Positions 17,399 through 27,703 of a DNA stretch of 64,000 nt are shown piece after piece (positions within the stretch are counted from its first letter, which is position 1; each line of letters opens with the position of its first letter). The notes under the pieces are model-generated. The model was not told the DNA's origin. It did not search any database and saw only the letters and a program-made list of their open reading frames with translations. Position numbers and translations under genes: made by a program. Origin of the DNA: a bacterium (lineage in GTDB: Bacteria > UBA8248 > JACPRG01 > G963555815); the NCBI GenBank assembly GCA_965261595.1, contig CBDHDG010000007.1, positions 288,001 to 352,000 of the forward strand. Direction: 5' to 3'.

Positions 17399-18334
17399 AT
17401 GACCGCGCCCGAAGCCGAAGCCCTGAAGGAAATGGAAAGCAAGGTCAGCGAAATGGCCCGGAGGGCAGGCTTGATGTTGGCCGAGTATTTCGGCCGGGGC
17501 GTCCAGGTGGAATTCAAGGATAAGGGAAAGAATCGGGACCCCGTGACCGAAGCGGACCGTCGGAGCCAGGAGTTCCTCAGGAAAGAGATCGAGACCCACT
17601 TCCCGGGTCACGCCATCCTGGGCGAGGAAAAACTGAGCCAGGAAGGGGAGCGGCCCGAATGGGTCTGGGTGCTGGACCCGCTGGACGGAACAACCAACTT
17701 CATGCGGGGTTTCGACATTTACGGTGTCTCGATAGGGGTCCTGCACCACGGCCGGCCCGTCGTCGGGGCCATCTTTCTCGCCGGCGGCGCCGGAGGCGGG
17801 GGCCGCGTCTACCATGCGAGGGTCGGAGGCGGCGCACACCTGGAGGGGGACCGAATCTCCGTCGCCAAAGTGGACCGTCCGGCGCCGACGCTTCTCGTCT
17901 GCGTACCCGGAAACCATTGGAAAGTCTTCGAGATGCAGAGCCCGTTGAAGAAACAGCCGGGGGAGCTCCGGGGCTCGGGCAGCATTGCCAACGACATGGC
18001 CCGCACGGCGGAAGGGACCTTCCACTACGCCGTCTTCGCGGGGCCGAAGATTTGGGACGTGGCGGCCGGCGTCCTCCTGGTGAAGGAGGCCGGGGGCGAG
18101 GCCCTGGTCCGAAGGGGCAAAGGGATGAAGTGGCGGCCGCTGGAGCGCTTCGGCCGCGATTTCGTTTCTCCCCCGACCTCCCTGGAGGAGTTGAGAGAAT
18201 GGAAGGGCGCCCTCATCATCGGCAACAAGGCCATCACCCGGTTCGTGGGGGACAACCTTCGCCGGCCGGTCCGCGGACGTCTCAGCCCCAAACGCAATGC
18301 CGGCCGAATGAGTCCACGGAAGACCTCCCGTTGA
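17399..18334 (+). CDS. Inositol monophosphatase family protein
   Basis: DPVTEAD, GEE, WVLDPLDGTTNF, WDVAAG. Confidence 0.92.
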   Translation: MTAPEAEALKEMESKVSEMARRAGLMLAEYFGRGVQVEFKDKGKNRDPVTEADRRSQEFLRKEIETHFPGHAILGEEKLSQEGERPEWVWVLDPLDGTTNFMRGFDIYGVSIGVLHHGRPVVGAIFLAGGAGGGGRVYHARVGGGAHLEGDRISVAKVDRPAPTLLVCVPGNHWKVFEMQSPLKKQPGELRGSGSIANDMARTAEGTFHYAVFAGPKIWDVAAGVLLVKEAGGEALVRRGKGMKWRPLERFGRDFVSPPTSLEELREWKGALIIGNKAITRFVGDNLRRPVRGRLSPKRNAGRMSPRKTSR

Positions 18335-18508
18335 CCGGACAATCCACCGAACATCGCCGGTCCCGCACGCGAAACGTATGAGGCGAACAGACCTCCAGGG
18401 GCGGGATTGTTGCGCCCGCCGCACCCTCACGACCCATGGGTTGAAAAGCGGCGCTTCTCGACTTATCCCAAACGGGTGAATCCCTTCTTCTTGTGAGAAA
18501 TTCCGGCC

Positions 18509-19762
18509 ATGCCTCCTGAAAATCACCCCGCCCGGATCTTCTACGGATGGTGGGTCGTCCTGGCGGGGTTCGTCGTCCTGGCCTCCGGGGCGGGGATCTG
18601 GACAGGCTTCGGCGTGTTTTTCAAGCCGCTCCTCGAGGAGTTCGGGGGATCGAGACGGGGGATGGCGCTCGTCATCTCCTCCGGGATGGTGATCTGGGCC
18701 CTGGGCCAGTTCGCGGCCGGGGCCATACTGAACCGGTTCGGACCGAGGAAGGTCATCGCCATCGGCGTCTGCGTCATGGGACTCGGTGCCTTGCTCTCCT
18801 CCCGCGTCGACTCGGTGAACGGCCTCCTGGGGACTTACGGTCTCATCGTCGGCGCGGGAACGGGCTTCGCCACGATGAACAGCGTCACCGTCCTGGTCTC
18901 CCGCTGGTTCGTGAAAAAGCGGGGAACGGCCCTCGGCCTGACGATTGCGGGGTTCAACGCCGGGCAGTTCCTGCTGATCCCGCTGACCCAGGTCCTGGTC
19001 GTCGCGGTCGGGTGGCGGGGCGCGTTCCTCATCTGGGCGGGGGTGCTCTGGGTGGTCGTCTTCCCGCTGGTGGTGATGCTTGTGCGGGACGATCCGGAGC
19101 GGATGGGCCTCCATCCCGATAACACCGCCGAGGCCGAAACCGAGAGTGCGGAGCCCATCTCGACGCGGGTCGAGTGGATTCCCCGGGGCGTGGTCCGGGA
19201 GGCGCTCGGAGAACGGGCCTTCTGGCTCCTGTTCGTGAGCCATGTGGGTTGCGGGTTCACCGATTTCACTCTCTACGTCCACCTCCCCATCTTCGCGACG
19301 GGGCTCGGCTTGGGCGCGCAGACCGCCGCCAACGCGGTTGGCCTGATTGGAGGGCTGAGCATCATCGGCGTCGTCGGAATGGGCGCCCTGGCCGACCGGA
19401 TCGGATTCCGGGCGCCCCTGACCCTCTCATACGCAATCCGGTGCGTGGGGATGATCCTTCTGACGCTGACGGCCGGGAAGACGATGCTGTTTGTCGCCAT
19501 CACGATCTACGGTGTGTTTCACCTGGCCACAACACCCCTGACGCCCGGCATGGCCGCGGCGCTTTATGGCCGCCGGCCGCTCGGGAGTCTCTACGGTTAC
19601 CTCCTGCTGGGCCACTCCTTGGGGGCGCTTTTGGGACCCTATGTCGCCGGGGCGGTCTTCGACTGGACGGGACAGTACAAAATGGCCTTCATCCTCATGG
19701 CGGTGATCCTCGCCGGCGCGTCGGCATGCTGTGCGATGATCAAGGCGAGAGAGAGGTATTGA
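18509..19762 (+). CDS. MFS transporter (MCT/OFA-like)
   Basis: FYGWWVV, RFGPR, RWFVKKRG, ADRIG; about 12 TM segments. Confidence 0.88.
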   Translation: MPPENHPARIFYGWWVVLAGFVVLASGAGIWTGFGVFFKPLLEEFGGSRRGMALVISSGMVIWALGQFAAGAILNRFGPRKVIAIGVCVMGLGALLSSRVDSVNGLLGTYGLIVGAGTGFATMNSVTVLVSRWFVKKRGTALGLTIAGFNAGQFLLIPLTQVLVVAVGWRGAFLIWAGVLWVVVFPLVVMLVRDDPERMGLHPDNTAEAETESAEPISTRVEWIPRGVVREALGERAFWLLFVSHVGCGFTDFTLYVHLPIFATGLGLGAQTAANAVGLIGGLSIIGVVGMGALADRIGFRAPLTLSYAIRCVGMILLTLTAGKTMLFVAITIYGVFHLATTPLTPGMAAALYGRRPLGSLYGYLLLGHSLGALLGPYVAGAVFDWTGQYKMAFILMAVILAGASACCAMIKARERY

Positions 19763-19960
19763 CGCGGGGGGTGTCGAGGACCGCGTTCCGGTGAATCCGC
19801 GCCGGTGGATGATTCTTCGGGAAACGTGCGCGTGGAACAAACCAGTCTGAATCTTTGAAGCATTGAGGCCGGCGCATCCTGCCAGGGGTTCGGCTTTGAA
19901 TGAATCCGGCCTGATGCCTTACGGATTCAACGCCCCATGCTCACCCGGGAGGAGAGGAAA

Positions 19961-20869
19961 ATGAACGACCGAAAAGAGACCATCGGATTCATCGGCGCCG
20001 GGATCATGGGACGGCCCATGGCCCTCAACCTTCTGAAGGGCGGTTACGCCCTGAACGTCTACAACCGGACGCCGGAGAAGGCGCGGGAGGTGATCGACGC
20101 CGGGGGCGCGCCCAAGGCGTCCCCCCGGGAGGTCGCCGAGACCTCGGACGTCATCATCACCATCGTGACGGACACGCCCGACGTGGAGGATGTCCTGTTC
20201 GGCGAGGACGGGGTGGCGCAAGGCGCCCGCGAGGGGGGAAACCGGACGGTCATCGACATGAGCACCATCTCTCCGGACGCCACGCGCGAGTTCTCCGCGC
20301 GCCTGTCCGGGATCGGCGTCGAGATGCTGGACGCCCCCGTCTCGGGCGGAGAAATCGGCGCCGTCAACGCGGCCCTGACCATCATGGTCGGCGGCAAAGC
20401 GGAGGTCTTCGATCGCTGCCGGCCCGTCCTGGAGACCATGGGGAAGAGGATCACCCACGTGGGACCGGCGGGCTCGGGACAAACCGTCAAGGCGTGCAAC
20501 CAGATTATGTGCGCGGTCAACCAGGTCGCCGTCAGCGAAGCCCTGTCCCTGTGCCACCGGGCGGGGATCGACCTGGACGTGATGCACCAAGTGGTTACGG
20601 GCGGGGCGGGCAATTCCTGGGCGCTCGAAACCCTGGGCCGGAAGGTGATCGATGGAGACCTGAACCCCGCCTTCATGATCCGCCTCATCCAGAAGGACCT
20701 CAACATCGTCGCGGATATGGCGAAGCGGATGAACCTTCCCCTTCCCGGAACCTCCCTGGCCGTTCAGCTCTTCCGCTCGATCGAATCGGAAGAGGGCGGC
20801 GGGGACCTGGGCACGCAGGGGATGATCAAGGCGTATGAGCGCCTGGGGAACTTTCAATTGCCGCGATGA
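19961..20869 (+). CDS. Beta-hydroxyacid dehydrogenase (3-hydroxyisobutyrate/tartronate semialdehyde reductase family)
   Basis: GFIGAGIMG, DAPVSGG, GSGQTVKACNQ, KDL. Confidence 0.92.
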   Translation: MNDRKETIGFIGAGIMGRPMALNLLKGGYALNVYNRTPEKAREVIDAGGAPKASPREVAETSDVIITIVTDTPDVEDVLFGEDGVAQGAREGGNRTVIDMSTISPDATREFSARLSGIGVEMLDAPVSGGEIGAVNAALTIMVGGKAEVFDRCRPVLETMGKRITHVGPAGSGQTVKACNQIMCAVNQVAVSEALSLCHRAGIDLDVMHQVVTGGAGNSWALETLGRKVIDGDLNPAFMIRLIQKDLNIVADMAKRMNLPLPGTSLAVQLFRSIESEEGGGDLGTQGMIKAYERLGNFQLPR

Positions 20870-21167
20870 GTTGAAATGAGTCAAAAGATGGGCGAATTGG
20901 TAAAGGGGGGGGCTTTTTGTAAGACGCTGACACCCCCCGGGCAGAGCAGGCTTCCCGCCTGCCATCCTTGGGATGGCCGCGCCGCATGTCCGAGCCGCCG
21001 GCTCAGCCCGCTCGCGGAAATCGGGGAGCGCTTATCGATTATCCGCGCCGCATGGATTTGCCTTCTAACCGCGAGAGAGGGCGGCCTCTCCTTCCCACTG
21101 AAAGCGGTCCGGGGGACGCCCCGCTCCGGGAGGGGGGGGCATCGAAATCCATCCCCGGGCATTTCGG

Positions 21168-21644
21168 TCAACCGTAAGGGAAGATAAAAGGATACTCCGG
21201 GATGATGAGCTCCCGGGTTTTCTGGTCTTCATCGGCGGTCGGCGCCACCAGCAGCACCCGGCACGGGGCGCTCGCGATGACCGCCTTGGCGGTCCCGCCC
21301 ACCACCGTATCCAGGATTCCCCGTTTGCTGTGGGTGCCCATGACGATGAGACGGGCGTCAAGCTCTTTCGCCACCTCGGGGATGATCTCGCGCGGCGAGC
21401 CTTGCCGGACGATGGACTCCACGCGCAGACCCCGATCGATCAGCGGCGCCAGGAACCGTTCCATCTTCTGTCCGGTGTCCTCCTCCTCGGGCATCAAGGC
21501 AAGCTGAACGTGCACCGTGAGGACGGCCAGGGGCGCGTTGTAAAATTCCGCCATGTCGGAAGCCACGTCGCGGACCGCAATCGCCCGGGGGGTGATGTCC
21601 CCGTACCGCTGAAGCGCAACAGCCAGAAGGATGGTATCGCCCAT
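21168..21644 (-). CDS. Universal stress protein
   Basis: GSPREII, LIVMGTH...GGTAKAVIASAPCRVLLV. Confidence 0.88.
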   Translation of the reverse strand: MGDTILLAVALQRYGDITPRAIAVRDVASDMAEFYNAPLAVLTVHVQLALMPEEEDTGQKMERFLAPLIDRGLRVESIVRQGSPREIIPEVAKELDARLIVMGTHSKRGILDTVVGGTAKAVIASAPCRVLLVAPTADEDQKTRELIIPEYPFIFPYG

Positions 21645-21951
21645 GACCTTTCTCCTCGATCCGGCGAGCCCATGAAAGAGGGCCGGTCTTTCACCGCCGA
21701 GAGGATCCCTCCTCCCGGAATCGAATCTTCCCTCACCATTTAAATTACAACGCTAAACCCCATTTGTATAGACCGGAAATACGAATTCTTTCGGTCCCGG
21801 CCCAAGGCAACATTTGAAGCCGGCGGCGAAGTCGAGTCGGGGGTCGCGCCCGCGGAACGCCATCCGGCCTTCCGCGCAGCAAATGGGGCGTCCCCGGTCA
21901 GGGCCGGCGGCTCCCCGAGCCGGTGGCTCCTCGGATCGGAATGCGCGCCGG

Positions 21952-22914
21952 TCAGGAAAGGTTCAGCTCTTTGAGGAGGCTCTTCCAAGCCGCGGTTTCG
22001 CGTTTCGGCTCGAAGAGGGGGGCAAGCTTGCCGCACGCCGCCGCGAGGCGACGGCCGAAAGCGGGTTCGGACTCCAGCCGGTTCAAAAGACGGGCCAGCG
22101 CGCGCGTGTCCCCGTAAGGAAAGTATCCCGGATAGTTTTTGCCCAGAAGACCGACCGATCCGGGGATGTCCGAAGCCAGGACCGGAACGGACGCCGTCAG
22201 GGCCTCGGAGATGACATTCGCGCCGCCTTCCAGCTTCGAGCTCAGGATGAGCGCCCGGCTGCTGGTCAGGATGCGGTCCTTCCGCGCCGGGGATTTCTCG
22301 CCCAGCCACCGGTAGCGCGGGTTGCGCACCGTCTCCGCCCGGGCCCGCCGCGCCATGCTTTCGCTGAGGGCCTTGCCCAGGTGAAGCACGCGGAGCCGTG
22401 AGGACGCGGGGACCAGCCGGGACGCCATCGCCGCCCGAAGCGGGTCCTTGACGGGACGCAGGTTGCCGATGACGCAGACGTCGAAGGTGTCTGACCCGGA
22501 CCGGGGAGCGGCCTCTCGCCGCTTGACGGATTGGAGGATGACCCGGGTTTTGTCCCGCAGGTGGCCGGGAAGCGCCTCAATCCCTAGGGGTTGAAGAACG
22601 ACGAGTCGCGTCGCCAGCTCCAGGACGCGCCGGGCGGAACGGCTCGTTCGGATATCCCGGTAGAGGTCCGTGCCCGTCAGGCAGACCACGACGGGGACTT
22701 GGGGATGGTCTTTGCGGAAGCCCAGGACCGGCTTCGAGCTCCGGCGGGCGTGCAACGCGACAAGGAGGTCGCACGATCGCCCGTTGCAAACCCCTTTCAC
22801 CCCTATCCGGTGACCGAGATCCTTAAGCACCCGCACCCACCGCGCGGCGGTCACCCGATTTCCCGACCATTGAGCCGGATTGGAAGGTGTAATAAATTCG
22901 ATGAACATAAACAC
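21952..22914 (-). CDS. senB: SenB-like GT-B glycosyltransferase (TIGR04348; selenosugar synthase family)
   Basis: SGNRVTAARW, ALHARRS, LTGTDLYRD, LRPVKDP, EGGANV, GLLG..YPGYF. Confidence 0.8.
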   Translation of the reverse strand: MFMFIEFITPSNPAQWSGNRVTAARWVRVLKDLGHRIGVKGVCNGRSCDLLVALHARRSSKPVLGFRKDHPQVPVVVCLTGTDLYRDIRTSRSARRVLELATRLVVLQPLGIEALPGHLRDKTRVILQSVKRREAAPRSGSDTFDVCVIGNLRPVKDPLRAAMASRLVPASSRLRVLHLGKALSESMARRARAETVRNPRYRWLGEKSPARKDRILTSSRALILSSKLEGGANVISEALTASVPVLASDIPGSVGLLGKNYPGYFPYGDTRALARLLNRLESEPAFGRRLAAACGKLAPLFEPKRETAAWKSLLKELNLS

Positions 22915-23298
22915 AGTTTTAAGTGGAATTTCTGGTTATCGGGGTCAATCACTCAGCGGATGCGCCGCCTGTCCCTGTTGCCCCCCCCGACCCGAATCGA
23001 ACGACTTATTCAATATAGGTTATCATATCGGACAAGGGTCCACCGACCCGGGGGTCCACCGACCCGATCCTCAGCGGCGCGAACGTTCAACAGACCGGCC
23101 GCCCCTTGCGGCCGTCCGGATGCCCGGGATGGAAATTTCAAAATCAATCGTCCAGGTTGTCGATGGCCGCGTGGAAGGAGCCCGATGTTCATCAGGGGCC
23201 TTCCGCATGCCGTTCGTCTTCGATCATGAAAAGCGGGCGCATTGCGTGGAAGCCTCCTCATTCCGCCTTGGCTCCCATGGCGGACGCTCCACGGACCG

Positions 23299-24114
23299 AT
23301 GAATCCCCCCCCCCCCCTCCCTCCCGGCGTCCTTCAGGCGCAAGACGTCCACGTCGTCTATCCGGGCCGTCCAGGGAAAAACCGCCCCGGTGAGGTGCGG
23401 GCACTCCGCGGCGTAAACCTCTCGGTCGCGGCGGGGGAAACCGTTGCGCTCGTCGGCGAGAGCGGCTCGGGCAAAACCACGCTGCTGAAGCTCTTCAACC
23501 ACCTGGTCGAGCCTTCCCAAGGGGTCGTTCTCGTGCGGGGAGAGGATGTTGCGTCCCAGGACCCCATCCGGCTTCGCAGACACATCGGTTACGTCCAGCA
23601 AGAGGGCGGGCTTCTGCCCCACTGGACCATCGCCCGCAACGTCGAGCTGGTGCCCCGGCTTCTGGGATGGGACCCCGAGAAGCGGCGCGTGCGAATACGG
23701 GAGGTGCTGGAGCTGGTCGGCCTGCCCGACACGGACCTGGCCGAAAGACACCCCCGGGAGCTGTCGGGCGGACAGCGCCAGCGCGTGGCTATCGCCCGCG
23801 CCCTGGCGGCCGGTCCGGACGTGGTCCTTCTGGACGAGCCTTTCGGCGCGCTCGACCCCATCACCCGGGCGGACCTCCAGCGCGAGTTCCTCCATCTCAG
23901 CGCCCGCATGGAGAAAACCATCCTCCTGGTGACCCATGACGTCGGGGAGGCCTTCCTGCTGGCCGACCGGGTGGCCGTCATGCGGGAGGGAACGATCCAC
24001 CAGGTCGACGCGCCCCGGCGCCTGCGCGACGCCCCCGCCACGGAATACGTCCGGGCGCTGCTTGAGCGGACGCAAAAAGGCAAGACATTAAGTGACCGGG
24101 GAACGGGAACATGA
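23299..24114 (+). CDS. ABC ATP-binding protein, osmoprotectant (OpuA/ProV/EgtV-like)
   Basis: GESGSGKT, LRRHIGYV, LSGGQRQR, LLDEPFGALDP. Confidence 0.9.
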   Translation: MNPPPPLPPGVLQAQDVHVVYPGRPGKNRPGEVRALRGVNLSVAAGETVALVGESGSGKTTLLKLFNHLVEPSQGVVLVRGEDVASQDPIRLRRHIGYVQQEGGLLPHWTIARNVELVPRLLGWDPEKRRVRIREVLELVGLPDTDLAERHPRELSGGQRQRVAIARALAAGPDVVLLDEPFGALDPITRADLQREFLHLSARMEKTILLVTHDVGEAFLLADRVAVMREGTIHQVDAPRRLRDAPATEYVRALLERTQKGKTLSDRGTGT

Positions 24115-24482
24115 AAAGAGTATCGCTTGAATGGAAAAGGTTTGAGACTTTCAGAGAGGCTAGGAAAATTTTCCGTGGGATTCCCTGCATCTACACCATA
24201 ACTGACGGAGATGAGGCGCATGTTCTCAAAATTGGTCAGAGCCAGGACCTGTGGAAAAGGTATTTGGGGGGAACCGGGTATACGGTCGATGCAGCCATGC
24301 ACGGAACTGGCAATCGGGTCTTTGTCGCGGCAGGACCAGCAGATAAGTGGGAAAGAGAAACTATCGAAGCGATTCTGATTTTCAAATCCCAACCACCTTA
24401 TTGCGTCCAAAAGAAAAAATTTCTCCCGCCTGACGAATTAGAAATTCAGCACCACGGAGACGCGCCAAAGACAATGCCATGA
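24111..24482 (+). CDS. Small GIY-YIG-like protein
   Basis: CIY...KIGQS.DL..R...EAILI....P.Y pattern; AT-richer than neighbours. Confidence 0.55.
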   Translation: MKRVSLEWKRFETFREARKIFRGIPCIYTITDGDEAHVLKIGQSQDLWKRYLGGTGYTVDAAMHGTGNRVFVAAGPADKWERETIEAILIFKSQPPYCVQKKKFLPPDELEIQHHGDAPKTMP

Positions 24483-24504
24483 CGATTCATGTCGACGGAA
24501 GGGC

Positions 24505-24588
24505 TGTAGCGCGGAGGCTTTAGCCTCCGCTTTGTAAGAGACGTTTGTGAATTTACTGACGAGCGGGGGCTAAAGCCCCCGCGCTACA
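24505..24588. repeat. REP doublet (REPIN-like)
   Basis: TGTAGCGCGGAGGCTTTAGCCTCCGC...GCGGGGGCTAAAGCCCCCGCGCTACA: inverted GTAG-type palindromes. Confidence 0.8.
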
Positions 24589-24633
24589 ACCGTTGTTTTG
24601 GAAAACGAGCCTTGGAGGAACGAGACAGCACAT

Positions 24634-26229
24634 ATGAACAGGCGCGGCGAAACCAGTAAGAAGTTCCTCCTTGCAATTCTCTACCTTGTCGTGGCTTCGA
24701 TCTCTGCGTTTTCCGGAAAGCGCCAGGAGGTGTGGGCCGCCGGTCCCGTGGTCGTCGGCTCGAAGAACTTCGCCGAGAACCGCTTGCTGGCGGAAATGTT
24801 CGCCCAGCTCATCGAACAACGCGCGGGGCTCGCCGTCACGCGGCGGTTCAACATGGCGGGGACGCAGGTCCTGTTCGAAGGACTCCGAACGGGCGCCATC
24901 GACGTCTATCCCGAGTATACGGGCACGGGATGGGTCTCCATCTTGAAGCGGCCCGCCCGGGGGACTCCGCCGGAAGTCCTGGCGCGGGTCCGGCGGGAAT
25001 TCCTGCGGCGGTGGAAGCTGGTCTGGCTTGCGCCCCTGGGCTTTGAGAACGCCTACGAGCTCGCCATCCGGAAACAGACGGCCGAGCGCCACAGGCTCCG
25101 GACGATTTCCGATCTGGCGGGTGTCGCCGGAGCCTTGCGCGGGGGGTTCGGGTACGAATTCGTCGGGCGGCCCGACGGCCTGCCCGGACTTTTAAAGACT
25201 TACGGTCTCCGGTTCTTCGAGGTCCGGAGACTTCAGCAGACCCTCAAATATCAGGCCGCGGCGGCGGGCCGGGTGGACGTCATCGACGTATACACAACGG
25301 ACGGCCGAATATCCCTGAGCGGCCTGGTCATCCTGGAGGACGACCGCGGTTTCTTTCCCCCCTACCAGGCGGCGCCGCTTGTGCGGGCCGACGCGCTGGA
25401 TCGGTTCCCGAAGGTGGGAGAGGCGCTGTCGCTCCTGTCGGGCCTCCTGGACGAGAACCGGATGAGAGGCCTCAACCGCCGGCTTCAGGAGGACAAAGAG
25501 CCGGTTTCGCGCGTGGCGCGGGACGCCCTGGCGGCCCTCGGCCTGCTCAGGAAATCGAGTTCGGACGAGCCGCCGGCGATCCGGTCGCCCGGGTTGGGGG
25601 CGCATCTCTGGACGGAGCGGGGCGCGTTGGGCGCCAGGGCGCTGGAGCATTTGGGGATGGTGAGCGCTTCCCTCCTCCTGGCGGCGATGTTCGCGATTCC
25701 CCTCGGGCTGGCCCTGGAGCGGCGGCGCAAGGCGGCCGAGGCAATCATCCGGGGGATCGGCGTTACACAGGCGATCCCCTCCATCGCGCTCCTGGCCTTC
25801 ATGATCCCCCTGCTGGGCGTGGGCGTGAAACCGGCCATCGTGGCGCTCTGGGTCTACGCCCTGTTTCCCATCATCCGGAACACGTACACCGGCGTCCTGT
25901 CGGCGGACCCCGCCGCGGCCGAGTCCGCCCTGGCGTTGGGGATGACGCCCGTCCAGGTCCTGCTGCGGGTGAGGCTTCCCCTCGCCGCCCCGGTGATCCT
26001 GGCGGGGGTCCGGACCGCCGCCGTCATTAACGTCGGGACGGCGACCCTCGCGGCGTTCATCGGCGCCGGCGGGTTGGGGGAGCCCATCGTCACCGGCCTG
26101 CAACTGACCGATACAACGCTGATCCTCTCCGGCGCGCTGCCCGCGGCCGCCTTGGCCCTCGGGGTGGACGGACTTCTCGCCCTGGTGGAGCGCGGCTTCC
26201 GGCCGCGGGGCGTCCAGGAACCCCGGTAG
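24634..26229 (+). CDS. Fused substrate-binding/permease subunit, betaine/ergothioneine-type ABC importer
   Basis: GSKNFAE, YPEYTGT, LGFENAY, YTTDG, FFPPY; C-terminal permease with IPSIALL and ESALALGM loop. Confidence 0.9.
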   Translation: MNRRGETSKKFLLAILYLVVASISAFSGKRQEVWAAGPVVVGSKNFAENRLLAEMFAQLIEQRAGLAVTRRFNMAGTQVLFEGLRTGAIDVYPEYTGTGWVSILKRPARGTPPEVLARVRREFLRRWKLVWLAPLGFENAYELAIRKQTAERHRLRTISDLAGVAGALRGGFGYEFVGRPDGLPGLLKTYGLRFFEVRRLQQTLKYQAAAAGRVDVIDVYTTDGRISLSGLVILEDDRGFFPPYQAAPLVRADALDRFPKVGEALSLLSGLLDENRMRGLNRRLQEDKEPVSRVARDALAALGLLRKSSSDEPPAIRSPGLGAHLWTERGALGARALEHLGMVSASLLLAAMFAIPLGLALERRRKAAEAIIRGIGVTQAIPSIALLAFMIPLLGVGVKPAIVALWVYALFPIIRNTYTGVLSADPAAAESALALGMTPVQVLLRVRLPLAAPVILAGVRTAAVINVGTATLAAFIGAGGLGEPIVTGLQLTDTTLILSGALPAAALALGVDGLLALVERGFRPRGVQEPR

Positions 26230-26268
26230 GCTGCCCGTCCGGGAAGCCATCCAAGGAGGTGGCCGAAT

Positions 26269-27477
26269 TTGAACAGCCGAAGGGAATCCCGCACACTCGG
26301 CGTCGTCACGATGTTCATCACCAATGTCATCGTGACCATCGGGCTGGTCATGATCGCCCCGCTTCTGCCGGTGTTCGCCCAGCGGGCCGGGGCGTCCGGG
26401 GCCTGGATGGGAGCGCTCTTCGCCGCGGACATGGTGGCCCGGACGGTGGCCATGCCCCTGTGCGGCAGGGCTTCGGATCGCTTCGGCCGGAGGCCCTTCC
26501 TCATCCTCGGACTGATCCTGTTCGCCGCGGCCTCCTTTTCGTTCACGCAGACATTCGGCAAGACGACCCTGTTGGCCGTCAGGACCCTTCAGGGGGTGGG
26601 CGCGGGGATGGTGATCCCCGTCATCATGGCCTACTTCGGAGAATTCGCCTCGACCCACCGTGTGGCCTTGACGATGGGGACGCTGAACATCTCCTTTTTC
26701 GGCGGGCTGGCGCTCGGCCCCTTTCTGGGCGGGCTCCTGGAATCCCGCTTTTCCCTGGAAGCGCCCTTTTATTTCCTGGCGGCCGCCGCCCTCCTCAACG
26801 CGGGGTTCATCTTCTGGCTCCTGCCGGAGTCCGCCTCCCGGGGGCGAACGGACGGAGGCCGGAAGGGCGGAACGGCGGACTCCGTCGCTCCGTGGAGAGC
26901 AGTCCTGTCCGACGCGACGCTGCGGCGGCTTTGCACACACCGGTTCCTGGTGTCATTCGGGGTCTCGACCGCTTGGGCCTTCGTCCCGCTCTACGCGGTC
27001 AAGGTGTTGGGACTCTCGACCTACGACGCCGGAATCGTCGTCGGCGCCATCACCCTGTTGACGGCCGTCCTCATTTCGCCCGGGGGCTGGGTCGGAGACC
27101 GGGTGGACCAGTGGCTGCTCATCCTCGCCGGAACGCTGATCCTGTCGCTCTGTTTCGGGGCGGTCTCCTGGTCAACAGGGTTCTGGGCGCTGGCCGCGGT
27201 CTGCGGGGCCATGGGCCTGGCCCAGGCCTGCTACATGCCCGCCGCCTACGCCCTCATGGTGGGCGTCGGCCGGGAGATGGGGATGGGCGCGAGCCTGGGC
27301 GTTTACTCGACCTCCCTCACCCTCGGCCTTGCGGTCGGCCCCCTCGTCTCGGGAATGCTCGTCGACGGGTTCGGGTTGCGGACGACGTTTCTCGTGACCG
27401 GGGCGCTGGGCCTTTTGGCGGCCGGGACGATCTTGAAGCGGGTGAATCTCAAAAAGGGGATGGCGGGCGATTCGTAG
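26269..27477 (+). CDS. MFS transporter (DHA1-like)
   Basis: GRASDRFGRRP motif A; about 12 TM segments. Confidence 0.88.
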   Translation: MNSRRESRTLGVVTMFITNVIVTIGLVMIAPLLPVFAQRAGASGAWMGALFAADMVARTVAMPLCGRASDRFGRRPFLILGLILFAAASFSFTQTFGKTTLLAVRTLQGVGAGMVIPVIMAYFGEFASTHRVALTMGTLNISFFGGLALGPFLGGLLESRFSLEAPFYFLAAAALLNAGFIFWLLPESASRGRTDGGRKGGTADSVAPWRAVLSDATLRRLCTHRFLVSFGVSTAWAFVPLYAVKVLGLSTYDAGIVVGAITLLTAVLISPGGWVGDRVDQWLLILAGTLILSLCFGAVSWSTGFWALAAVCGAMGLAQACYMPAAYALMVGVGREMGMGASLGVYSTSLTLGLAVGPLVSGMLVDGFGLRTTFLVTGALGLLAAGTILKRVNLKKGMAGDS

Positions 27478-27703
27478 CTGGGGCCGATCTTCCAGGAGGG
27501 GTGGACGGCCATTTGAATTGCGATCCGGGGGATGCGGAACCCCTCTCCCCTCCCCTTCGTGGAGGCCCGGTTGGGGGGCGTCCTCAACCGCCCTTGACAA
27601 TCATCCGCCACACCCGGCATCGTCGGTGAATGGGGTGAAACTTCGGCCGGGCCGGACCGAGCTTGCGCCGGTCCCGGGAACAGCGGACCTCGATGAGGAG
27701 AGG

